From Octopus sinensis (taxonomy: Eukaryota): 64,000 nt of DNA. Under the pieces are notes generated by a model. The model did not search any database, had not been told where the DNA came from, and saw only the letters and a list, made by a program, of their open reading frames with translations. Position numbers and translations under genes: made by a program. Location of the stretch: positions 66,712,001 through 66,776,000 of the forward strand of contig NC_043005.1 of assembly GCF_006345805.1 (NCBI RefSeq), in the 5' to 3' direction. Shown here piece by piece: positions 14,173-25,731 of this stretch (position 1 is the first letter of the stretch; the number at the start of each line of letters is the position of its first letter).

Positions 14173-14919
14173 TGATGATGCTTTTATTGCTGTTCTCTTT
14201 CGTATTTTCCCAATATTTGCTCCGGGCTATTGTTTAAATTTTGCCAAGTTTCGTAAAAATCGGATTGCTATATATGTCTTATTGCGTGGAATTATATAAC
14301 TCGAAGAGATAAGTGACTTCATTTATCGTTTTAGTGTCATAGTAATGAGAAAATAACAATTTGGAAACATTTCCTTCGCTAGCCGATATTCAATAAGAAA
14401 ATGTCGAATAAACACAGCTTCGCAACGAACACAAACAGTTGCAAAAGCAACACACAAGAACTGAAAATATATAAATGGAAATACGATCATCAAAAGTGTT
14501 ATTCCTGGTGGCCCTGATGCTATTATTTGAAGACTCGCACAAAATGAACAATAATAAGTCAGGCCAATAAGGAGTTGTGTTAAACGGGAGATATACATTA
14601 CGAAGAACACCCGTTCCAAGATTCTTAACGAAATGGTCATATGTTACCATTGTAATTAAAATGATTTTTTAATACTTATTTGCCTTTTTTATATATACAC
14701 CGATTTTACAAACATCGAAATATAATTAAGCAAACTTGTGATACATTTATAGAATTATGTGTGTGTTTGTGTGGGTGTATGTGAAATGTGCCTACCTATA
14801 TGTCTACATACATGTGTTTGTCAATATGTATGAAATTATTCTAAAAAAGGATGAAAATGCGCTAAATGATTTATATATATATATATATATAATATATATA
14901 TATATATAAAGTTAATCCA

Positions 14920-15123
14920 AACATGAAAACACAAAGAGAAAACACAACAACGCGAGGACGTGGAACAAATATAGTATTATTGGACGCTCAGGAAGGAGGG
15001 GAAGAAGAGGGTTTAACTTTTCGAGCGGAGCTCTTTGTCAGAAACATAGGAAAAGGAAAGATCCAGAGAAGGGAAGACGGAGGAAACAAAATCGCCAACG
15101 GTACACACGCGGTCACATTTTGA

Positions 15124-15125
<2 letters not shown>
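14920..15125 (-). mobile_element. PLE-type terminal fragment with degenerate hammerhead-core-like motif
   Basis: gacgctcagg...aaaatcgcc family. The minus strand reads CTGACAA-a-gagc tcc gctc-GAAA (15018-15041). It lies between two (TA)n runs. Confidence 0.6.
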
Positions 15126-15164
<39 letters not shown>

Positions 15165-15380
15165 TCAATTTAGGGTAGCAAAAAATTCAATAGAAATTTA
15201 TCGCAACCAGCGGCCTGGTGAAAAAGAGAAAATAGTCATCGACTAAATATATAAATATAACGATTTAGGAGTGACCCCAACAGGTCACTCGTCCACCAGA
15301 AAGAGCAGCCATAACTCACACCGCCAAGTATTAGTAATTCAGAAATTAGGTGAAAATTTAAAAACATTTACCCTAATTCT

Positions 15381-15482
15381 TCTTTTAGACGTTGCAACGT
15401 TTCTGTGTCATTAATGATTAAATTAGCTTAATTAAATTAAATTAAGCCAATCTACCATAGGTTACACTTCATCAGTAAAAGA
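15381..15482 (-). ncRNA. Type I hammerhead ribozyme, copy 1
   Basis: The minus strand reads UCUUUUA-CUGAUGA-a-GUGU...ACAC-a-GAAA-CGUUGCAACG-UC-UAAAAGA. This gives a 7-bp helix I, the conserved core, a palindromic helix III and a GUC cleavage triplet (cut after 15388). Confidence 0.85.
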
Positions 15483-15851
15483 CCTGGGAGAGACAAATAT
15501 ACACGAGGCGTCTGTATAGATGCCTACGGGATATCTGACTTAAAATTTTCAAGACTGACGTATTCGCGCCAAACTTATCAACAGTAAATATAAACTGCCG
15601 ATTCAATCTCAGAATTATTCAGAAAATTATCAATTAGTCATTTAGGGTAGCAAAAATTCAATAGAAATTTATCGCAACCAGCGGCCTGGTGAAAAAGAGA
15701 AAATAGTCATCGACTAAATATATAAATATAACGATTTAGGAGTGACCCCAACAGGTCACTCGTCCACCAGAAAGAGCAGCCATAACTCACACCGCCAAGT
15801 ATTAGTAATTCAGAAATTAGGTGAAAATTTAAAAACATTTACCCTAATTCT

Positions 15852-15953
15852 TCTTTTAGACATTGCAACGTTTCTGTGTCATTAATGATTAAATTAGCTT
15901 AATTAAATTAAATTAAGCCAATCTACCATAGGTTACACTTCATCAGTAAAAGA
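15852..15953 (-). ncRNA. Type I hammerhead ribozyme, copy 2
   Basis: Same motif as copy 1. The one substitution (plus-strand G>A at 15862) turns a helix III G-C pair into G-U. Predicted cut is after 15859. Confidence 0.82.
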
Positions 15954-15954
15954 C

Positions 15955-16000
15955 CTAATTTAATCATTAATGACACAGAAACGTTGCAACGTCTAAAAGA
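15955..16000 (+). ncRNA. 3' half of hammerhead ribozyme (GAAA, helix III, GUC site, helix I 3' strand), lacking CUGAUGA
   Basis: acacaGAAACGTTGCAACGTCtaaaaga lies at the start of the inverted arm. The 5' half was lost at the inversion junction. Confidence 0.7.
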
Positions 16001-16371
16001 AGAATTAGGGTAAATGTTTTTAAATTTTCACCTAATTTCTGAATTACTAATACTTGGCGGTGTGAGTTATGGCTGCTCTTTCTGGTGGACGAGTGACCTG
16101 TTGGGGTCACTCCTAAATCGTTATATTTATATATTTAGTCGATGACTATTTTCTCTTTTTCACCAGGCCGCTGGTTGCGATAAATTTCTATTGAATTTTT
16201 TGCTACCCTAAATTGACTAATTGATAATTTTCTGAATAATTCTGAGATTGAATCGGCAGTTTATATTTACTGTTGATAAGTTTGGCGCGAATACGTCAGT
16301 CTTGAAAATTTTAAGTCAGATATCCCGTAGGCATCTATACAGACGCCTCGTGTATATTTGTCTCTCCCAGG

Positions 16372-16473
16372 TCTTTTACTGATGAAGTGTAACCTATGGT
16401 AGATTGGCTTAATTTAATTTAATTAAGCTAATTTAATCATTAATGACACAGAAACGTTGCAACGTCTAAAAGA
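16372..16473 (+). ncRNA. Type I hammerhead ribozyme, copy 4
   Basis: tctttta (16372-78), CTGATGA (16379-85), GAAA (16451-54), cgttgcaacgTC (cut after 16466), taaaaga (16467-73). Confidence 0.85.
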
Positions 16474-18590
16474 AGAATTAGGGTAAATGTTTTTAAATTT
16501 TCACCTAATTTCTGAATTACTAATACTTGGCGGTGTGAGTTATGGCTGCTCTTTCTGGTGGACGAGTGACCTGTTGGGGTCACTCCTAAATCGTTATATA
16601 TATATATATATATATATATTTGTTAACAGAAAACTTGTTTACATTCAATTAGATTGCTAATCTCAGTCTCCATACTATTGACTCCTCGTGTTTTCTTAGT
16701 TTCAAAATGGCAGGAGAGTGGTAGAAATCTGCGATAGAATATGCGTTGTGTATATAGAGGATACTGCTACGTGACGTGTGTTCTAGAAGTTATCTTCAAG
16801 ATTTCGAAGAGTACTACGTAACAGCCACGGAGAAAATATAGAAGACATTTCCAATGCAAATAAAAAAATAAATCACAAAGGAAGACGTATTTTATCTACA
16901 GTTAAGTTAGAGCGAGTTTTTGCATGATTTATAGAAGATATTTAACTTTATGCATCGGGATGTTTCAGAATGTAGCTCTTTGGTCAATCAAAAAATGTCT
17001 GTCTATCTTTTTATTTTTCTAAGTGAGGATCATATGGATTGTGCAGATCAAATGCAGCACACAATATTCGTGACAAAGCCAGCAAAGTGTCAACGTAGTT
17101 TTGTGTTTTGGGGATTCTAATCGACTCAGTAACAAAGGGTGTCCGTTACAGTTTTTAAGGTCTATGTTCCTTGACGAATATTTAGGGGTCAAAACACTGA
17201 GATTTAGTTGATTATAAAACCATCAACCCAACGCAGAATTTCTTAGAATTTCATTTACAAAAGGGTATTCTTTGCGCGAAGAGCTCCAACTATCTACATA
17301 TTTTCAGGTACAAAGTAACAAATTATCTTGAGTATTAAACATTTCGTTATGTTTAATTACCACTATAATGTTATTAGAATAGTGAATATGTGAAAAAATC
17401 CATGATAGGGAAGAACTTTTATCAGTTTTGTAATCCATATCTTGATTTGAATATTTAAATAGCATCATGATTAACAGATTACTAATTATAAATATGTTTT
17501 CTTTACACTCAAATATTCATATATGTGGAAGTGTCATGCGTATTAAGTTTATCTAAATATTTAATGAACCTAGTCTTATTATAATACAATTCTGCGATCT
17601 ATTTTAAATTTACTAATTGATTTTAAGATCACCATTCGTTCTTTGTAATAGAATACGCACACACACACAAACACACACGCACGCACGCACACACACAAGA
17701 CACACACACACATACATACACACACACATGTACACACACGCCGTTTTTATCCTTTGCAAAGTTTTTAATTTTATTTCCAATGAAATATAATTTAAAATAT
17801 ATTTTATACAATTCTCAGAAAGTATTTACGCCTATCTTTTTCTCCCTTTCTCTAATTGTTTACAAACAAAATTTATAGAAAATTATAAAAAAAGCTATAA
17901 AATGTTATTTGAAGAGCCTAATTTGATCTAAAATCCTTCAAACAACAAACTGCATGAGATGAAAGCTTGTCAGACTCCACTAACGAAAGTGACAATAATC
18001 TACTTATACTCTCATCCATATCAAGTATATAATGGCGCACAAAAACATTATCTAAAACTTTTAAGCGCCTGATAACCGTAGTTTATTTGCAAATGTTTGA
18101 TTACGAAAATCGATATTTTCACTTATATTTTTACTTTTTGAATTAAGCGAAAGGTTTCATAATTCAGTCGACTCACTTGACTTTATTTTCAAGTTTAACA
18201 TGTTAAATTTCCATGAAGCATATAACTTTCTGTTATAAGGCATCTTGAATTTTCTACTGAGGGAATATTTCTGTATTGGAGAGTACTTGATTAGATATTG
18301 TGAGAATATTGTTATTTAGAATGTTGCTATGATCAATAATGCAAAAACTTGTATTTCTTTTTCATATTAAGTTAAGTGAAAATATAGCTTCTCAACAAGG
18401 CAGTGTGCTCTTTGCAATAATATCTCTATATTCTGCATTGCAAATCAATAATTCTTTGACTGTAAGCTTTCGTATTGATAATTCAATATATGGCTTCTTC
18501 AAATTCCTGTTCTCAGTTATTTATTTCATAAAATAAAAAATCCATTCACTGCCTAAATTTAACTTCTTTCTTTGTACTTTCTACTGACAG

Positions 18591-18673
18591 ATGACAGAAC
18601 TGTCCGTATTTCTGTGAGAAACGTGATGAACACTATTCAATACTCAACTAACACTGACTCTCACACTATGTAA
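18591..18673 (+). CDS. Candidate terminal exon, phase 1 (DDRTVRISVRNVMNTIQYSTNTDSHTM*), product unknown
   Basis: Long pyrimidine acceptor ttctttctttgtactttctactgacag, phase-compatible with 13188-13241. AATAAA lies near 18794. Confidence 0.3.
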
Positions 18674-19630
18674 ATAACTTTATGAAATACTGGTTTTGTA
18701 TAACTTTGAATTTATAATGAATGTCTTGGATGAAACTCTCGTTAAGCTGCATTTTTTACCTCATCGTACATTTCTCCCGTGAACAATATTATAATAAATT
18801 TGACATGTCTCACCAAAGTGGAAAAGAGACCTAAATGTGTCTACTTCATAACTCTGATCTTGTGTTTGAATACCAGCTGTAAATAGTAATGATATACTGC
18901 TGTATTTTGCAGACCTGTTTCAAATTGCATCGTCATTGACATGCCAATGTCAAAATGATCATTTCGTTGGCTATTTAAGATCATTAGACAAAGCAAATAT
19001 TAGCCAGCAAGTATATGAAAAGATGAGAAAGACACTAAGATTAGGATAAAAGGGGTTTAGTTTTCTTCTTTCAAATAAAACATTTGATAATACACCCATC
19101 ACGTGATTGAAATGTCTCTAAAATAAAGTTTAATAAATTTGTTCACCAGTACTAACAAAATATACGTATAGCGTCATAAAGTAAAAGAAAAAATTATTGA
19201 GTTGATTTTTATATAAAGGAGAACAACGCTAAATCATTCTAAAAGGTAACCCAAAGTATCTCAGACTACAAGAAAATGATTCGTTGTAAAATGTTCTGAA
19301 AAGTACCAGCCAAATAATAAAATCCGTTTAAAAGTAGAGATAGTAAAACTAAGATTGTGCCAATAATCATTAAGTGTATCAACAAATGTTTAATAACTAA
19401 AAAAATATAGCTGAATACAACAACAAAAAAGTGTTTAAAACATAATCAAGCAAGTAATATGTACTAAAATAAAGATTCTGAGGAAAGTACAATTGGAAAT
19501 GAACTGTCATGTCTTAAACGTCTAACGAAATCTTTGAAGCTGTTCTCATTAAATGACAACTAAATCAGTAACAATAAAACAAATAAAGCAATCACAATAA
19601 AACAACATCAATATTATCTGCAAAAAGAGA

Positions 19631-19664
19631 AGGCGGCGAGCTGGCAGAAACGTTAGCACGCCGG
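19631..19664 (+). mobile_element. SINE head fragment (tRNA-like A-box region)
   Basis: aggcggcgagctggcagaaacgttagcacgccgg is nearly identical to the reverse complement of 37690-37719. Confidence 0.6.
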
Positions 19665-19789
19665 AAATGAGAAATTGTATATATGAGATCAACAATTTTA
19701 CTACATCATACGGAAATACATTTGATGAACAAGGAAAATGTTGTACGTATTAAAAACTTTGAGGAAATTGATCAGCTAATGCCAATATT

Positions 19790-19910
19790 GTGATATGCGT
19801 TTGACGGTTAGAGGTATTGTCAGAAAGAAGGGAGAGCTAATCAGATAATTGCTGAAGAGACCATCAGAAAGATTGTCCCAGATAGCAGACATGCTGAGAA
19901 CGATAACGTT
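19790..19910 (+). mobile_element. Possible highly degraded RTE-like LINE C-terminal remnant
   Basis: MRLTVRGIVRKKGELIR*LLKRPSER is only weakly reminiscent of the RL..GH.R..GEL...LL.WEP motif. Confidence 0.2.
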
Positions 19911-20105
19911 ACAGGAACAACCATCATCACAAAAGAGTGTTTATATAACTTATTGCTAATTTGGAATGTGAAATCAGCCATGAGTCCTTCAAGAGATTTC
20001 TTTTCATTTTCATTTTAAATTTAGAAACCAATTTATTCTCAATAATTGTTACTTCATTATGAACGAGTGAAGCCACGAGATAAACAGAAGAAACTCCAGC
20101 TAACA

Positions 20106-20135
20106 ATGGAAGTCAAAAAGCCAGCAACAGAAACT
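20106..20135 (+). CDS. Candidate first coding exon (MEVKKPATET)
   Basis: ATG with an in-frame upstream stop, followed by donor GTAAGT at 20136. The downstream exon is not established. Confidence 0.2.
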
Positions 20136-20890
20136 GTAAGTGCTTGAGCGACATTGTAACCAAATTCTTCTCACACCTAACCTGGTCGATTATTTGCACA
20201 TCATATTGTATAATGTAGAGTTCAATATAAAAACACACAAAAAATACTCCTACAAAACTTCAGCGTATTTTAGAAATTCGTTCAAAGCATACAGTTTCCA
20301 CATACAGTGTATATAAGACATTGTGAATGAACCCAATTTAAAAGATTATAGGCATGCTCCGTGTTAGGGAAAGTTTTCATTCCCCAAAATCTTAGTCTAA
20401 CAGTATTTCATAACACGAAACATATTGCCTGTTCACTTCCATGTTAAATGATAATAAACACAGAATTCAATAACATATTGGTTTCGTGCTATTGAATTCC
20501 CCGTTCCGGCAAGATTTTCTGGAACACAACTATTTCGAAACACAGGAGGATAACGGTAAATAGATTCGTTGCAACACTGTCGCTACCGCGCTTGAAAATA
20601 CAAGTCAGATCAAATATAAAGTGTGCTACCTTATAATGTGGCCTTTGGTAAAGCAAAAGATTCAGGAAATATCAGGAAGTTTTCATAGGATTGTCGGTAA
20701 ACAAATTAGAAATTGCATCATGAAAATAGGGAAACAGATCAGTTTTCATATACACGAACTCAAGCAGAAAATGTATATATAACTTATATAAACTGTAACA
20801 AGGTTACATACATTATACATATTGCATCTTTGTTTTCAATTTAATATATTTATTTGTATTGTAATACTTGGTAAATAATATACAGCCCAA

Positions 20891-20921
<31 letters not shown>

Positions 20922-21170
20922 TGTATTACGTACAATTTTAACATCCAAGTAACTGCGTTATAGATCGTTATACGCTTTAACGTGGAAACTATTCGTACGA
21001 GTATTTATATTCTTACAGCATCCAATTGGTTTACTTTGAAGATACTGATATTATAATCTAAATATAACTGCAAATTGTTTCATCTCGAATTGGTTTAACT
21101 TTATCACTTTCACACAAACAAGCACATACATATACACACACACGCCAGCACACACACACGCATATATATA

Positions 21171-21245
<75 letters not shown>

Positions 21246-21339
21246 AGTGTGTGTGGAATTCAATATTAAACCCTTGTTTTCAAAATAGTATCGTTCACAT
21301 AAGATATATAAATATTGTGAACGATAATGTCACTTCAGA

Positions 21340-21490
21340 AATGTGACTACATATGGGCTCTGGCGATTTTCCTTCTCCTTCGTTGAACTTCTCTGTTCCT
21401 ACTTTCCGACGAAGAGCTATGCTCGAAACGTTAAAACATCTCTCTTTTCACCGAGCGTCAAGCTAATATAATACTGGTGCACGTCCTGAA
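21340..21490 (+). mobile_element. PLE-type terminal fragment with degenerate hammerhead-core-like motif
   Basis: ggcgatttt...CCGACGA-a-gagc tat gctc-GAAAC (21406-21429)...gagcgtc is the reverse-complement homologue of the 14.9 kb copy. Confidence 0.6.
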
Positions 21491-21546
21491 TTTCATTTTT
21501 CTACATTTTTTATTCGTTTTTTGAAATGTTTGTTCACCGAATTAAC

Positions 21547-21577
<31 letters not shown>

Positions 21578-21747
21578 TATATATTATATATATATATATA
21601 TATAACAAAGTTGAGTTGTGGGGTATCGCACGAGTGGAATTATATACGAAAGAAGGTTTGAAAATGCAATTTAAAAGATGTTTCACTCTTTGGAAAAAGA
21701 TTGTCAAAAGTAACATAGAATATTATGAATTCAAAAGTTTTTTACAT

Positions 21748-22037
21748 AATTGCCACATTACATGTATATATACAGTCTTTGGTAACAGGGACATGTTAAG
21801 GACATAAAGAAGTACAACAGTGTGATGAGAATATTTGAAAAAATGGGCAGAAAAGAATAAAACAAATATATTATTGGAAGTTTGGTTGCGTTAATTATTG
21901 GTTGTTGCAAATTGCCACATTACATGTATATAAACAGTCTTTAGTAACAAGGACATGTTAAGGACATAAGAAAGTACAACAGTATGATGAGAATATTTGA
22001 AAAAATGGGCAGAAAAGATTAAAACAAATATATTATA
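21748..22037. repeat. Diverged tandem duplication (~127 bp copies, ~163 bp period)
   Basis: aattgccacattacatgtata...aaaacaaatatattat occurs at 21748 and 21911 with several substitutions. Confidence 0.85.
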
Positions 22038-22599
22038 CATCTCCGGGTCAGTACAGAATATTATGAATTCAAGGCGAGCTTGTTTACTGACCTGTCCGTT
22101 TTAGCAGAAATGTTGAATTGAAAAAGATGTCCCGTTCTTTTCTTTTTTTGGCTTTCCTTCAAGCATCAATGATTTTGGGGTTAGGATGAGGTGAATATGT
22201 GTGTCTCTCTGCGTGTGTGTGAATAGATGTGTCTGTATGCCTGTAGTATTGGTCAGATGGCATCTGTTTGTCAAGTGTGTGTGGTTGTCATGGTGTTGTG
22301 TGTGCGCGTGTGTGCGTGTGTGCGTGCGTGTGTACGCATGCATGAGTGTGGATGGCATTTGACATGGTGCTGCGTGTGTATATATGTGCCTGTATGGAGG
22401 TGAGACTGGTGTGAGTGTGCGTGCACACACACGTATACAAGCGTCTGCGTGTGTGTGGGGGCTGATTTTGAATGGTTCCAGGGTGGCGAAAATAGATGTG
22501 TGTTGTTTAAAGAATTTTTGGGGTAGGATGGTGTGTGTATATATGCGAGCCCGCCCGTGCGCGCGAGCGTGCGTGCGCGTGCGCGTCTACGCGTGTATG

Positions 22600-23465
22600 C
22601 GGGCCATACACACACACTACATATACATACACACACACACATCATACACACACTACACACACACACACATAATATACAAACACACAACACACACACACAC
22701 AACACACACACACAGAACACACACACACAACGCACACACATATAATACACACACACAACACACAAATATAACATATATTTATATATAATATACACACATA
22801 ACACACACACACAACACACACACTCACCCAACATACACACACACACAGCACACGCACACATACATACATAATATAAATACAACACAAATACACCTAACAC
22901 ATATATACATACAATACACATACACAGCATATATATAATACACATACACAATATATACATGCAATGTATATACATGTATTCATGCATATATAACACACAT
23001 ACAATATAAATACATACACTGCACATATACACATACATATACACATAATGTACACATACATATACAACACACATACATATAATATACATATACACAATGC
23101 ACATGCATATAATGCACATATATATACACACACATATATATATATATATATAAAACATATACACATACATATATATATATAATGCACACACACACACAAA
23201 CACAAAATACATACATATAGCGTACACACACATATATATCTACATACCACACAAACACACAAACAATGTACTCACATATACACATATACAATGCATACAC
23301 ACACACAACACACATATATACATATATATAAAACATATACACATATAAATACATACATACACACAATGCACACACACACACACGCGCACACACACACACA
23401 ACGCACACACACACACACAACCCACACAACACTGACACACATACATAACATACATATATATAATG
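22600..23465. repeat. Long degenerate CA/TA-rich low-complexity tract
   Basis: Interrupted (CA)n/(TACA)n. It is the source of the 320-aa CV/YI artefact ORF. Confidence 0.95.
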
Positions 23466-23614
23466 CATGCGTGTGCGTGCCGCATATGTGTGTGGTCAAT
23501 GCCCGCTAGTGTGCCCTATGTGTGCCGATGCGTGCATGTGTCCGCCTGCATGATATGCTGTGAGTGTGCGCGTGTCCCTGTGTGCTTGCTCTGGATGTGT
23601 GCCTAGTGGGTATA

Positions 23615-24289
23615 TTAGAGTATGTTTAGTTGTGGTCTGTATTTTTGAATAAGATTACTTTCCCTATTTATTCGTGTTTGGTCTGTGGTGTTGTCCGAGC
23701 ATTGGTATAGTGGGAAGACTAAGAATTTGGGGGACTTATTGTGTGTACAAAGGTCTAAGTGTCCACTTAGTGGTATCTGTCTTGTGGAGGGGTCCCTCAG
23801 TTGTTGTCGGTGAACTGTCATTTTTTCTCTGAGGGTAAGGCTCGTTTGCCCTATGTAGTCTTCGTGGCTTCCTTCACACCTTATGACGTAGAGTAGATTT
23901 TTTGATGCGCACGTGAAATTATTTTTTATGATAAATGTGTGTCCCGAGCGGAACCTGTATGTCGATCCCTTAATGAGGTGGATGCAATTCCTGCAGTTGG
24001 GGTGACCATATTTTTTGATGGTGGGCGGTGGGTTTGTGTTGTTTAATTTTGCGTTGGTGAGGAGGTTTTTTAGGGATTTAGGTTGTCTCTTACTTTTTAT
24101 GATTTTATGAGCTGCCAGTAATTTTTTCAGGCGTGGGTCTTGATTTAGTTGTGGAATGTTGTTGTATATAATAGTGTAAGCTTCTGCATTCCTTGGGTTG
24201 TGTGTTGAGAGATAGGGGAGGCTATTTACTGTACTGTGGATGTGTTTAGGTTTTCGTAGGTCTTGAGTGTTGATTGATTTGGCCCGTTC
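23615..24289 (-). mobile_element. Penelope-like element, 5'-truncated: linker plus GIY-YIG endonuclease domain
   Basis: The open frame includes CGHPNCRNC-like Zn motif (YGHPNCRNC), NLLYVIRCEG..DYIGQTSLTLREKMTVH and the terminal RESNLIQKYRPQLN, all typical of PLE GIY-YIG domains. The N-terminal YI/CV part of the track ORF is microsatellite. Confidence 0.9.
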
Positions 24290-24389
24290 TATATACATAC
24301 ATACACACATATATATATATACACACACATATATATACATATATATATATATATATACATGCATATATATATATATATATATCTATGTG

Positions 24390-24473
<84 letters not shown>

Positions 24474-25731
24474 ATATATATATACATATATATATACATA
24501 CATATATATAAACTAGCAATATCACCATTCCGAAATATAACAATATATATATATATATATATACATTTTTTTTCTTTCGTTTTAGTCCATTTTTCCATGC
24601 TTGCCTTTTGTGTTACATGTTTTATTCATTTCATCGATCTATCGATCTAGTAAATTAAAAACAAATATATGCGCGTGCACGCACATTCACACACACACAC
24701 ACACATACACATGTATGGCGTAGAGCAATACAATGTGTGGTTACATTAAAACTGTGTGCAAAGTGAAAAATGTAACAATATAAATTTTAACAAAGAATAA
24801 TTCCCTTAGAGAAGGTGGCTTCCCAGTGTTGCTCATGGAAATCCATCAAAACTACGCTGACCCTGACCTCGATAGTAAGTGCTCTTTCCATAATATCTAC
24901 AGGCACATGCTCTTAGAGTAGGTTCGTTCATTCGGACTATTCTTACCACTTTTCAACACCATTGTTCGGAGGTAGTACTTCCGTCCTTCATCCAGTATAT
25001 TCATACTTTGTAACAAACGTGTTGTACGAATTGAACGGCGAATGAAAACTCATTTACTGTAGGTGAGATTGGTATGTATAGAAGATAGATAGGTACTTAG
25101 ACTTTCAAAATTATCATGAAAATCACATCTGCCATGATGTTATTTCCCCAAATCCTTATCAGACATTTTGAATCATAGCATCTATGATTATAAGGAAATT
25201 GTTGTTTTAAAATTTATGAAGCATTGCCGCTTCTCGCATGCATATGTCCATTGGAGCCTACGGTAATTTACCTGTTTACCTCTTTGCTCCATATTGTTTG
25301 CAAACCTTTGGCACATTAATTATTTGAAGTAACACAAGATTAGTTCGTGTTAGCCAAGAAGGTGCAAGTACTATTTACAAGATTGTGTCCTATAATGATA
25401 CTGCCATTCGGTTAGTGACATTTGATTGCATTAGATGGAGTTTTGTTTATTTCCCCTAGCAGATCATCTGTTATCTAGTCGTGGATGCAAAACAGTATCT
25501 TTATTGAGTCGTTACTGATGCTGGTTCTGTATTCTTTTGCCTATTTGTTAGTGTTAGTACTGATGCAATGCAGCATTGATTGACGTGTCTGGACGTATAA
25601 TATTCAGGCGGGGTTGTTATTCATTTATTCTCCCTTGCTACCTGAGTATTCTAACTTTTCTGGCTTTGGAAGAGGTTCGGCCAATCGTAAATCTTTTTTA
25701 GGTGCCCTAATATGAATATCTGTTTACTTAC

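Larger units (their letters stand above)
15160..16600. mobile_element. Non-autonomous retrozyme / Penelope-pLTR-like element: tandem ~471-473 nt non-coding units, then an inverted arm, with hammerhead ribozymes
   Basis: The unit starting ttagtca at 15161 recurs at 15634 and runs to ~15956. 15955-16598 is the reverse complement of ~15255-15897. It is flanked by (TA)n on both sides, has no ORF in the track, and has a type I HHR motif in each unit. Confidence 0.85.

Noticed and set aside
14473-14570. Signal-peptide-like MEIRSSKVLFLVALMLLFEDSH
   Set aside because: Stops after 31 codons, with no convincing donor site.
15160-16600. CRISPR-like or satellite interpretation of the array
   Set aside because: Units are ~471 nt with no unique spacers. 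The context is eukaryotic, and the HHR/PLE model explains the structure.
22271-23233. 320-aa ORF, the longest in the track
   Set aside because: CV/YI low-complexity translation of a CA/TA microsatellite tract.
24511-24540. Possible Helitron 3' end on the minus strand (...gctagt)
   Set aside because: No clear hairpin or 5' end.
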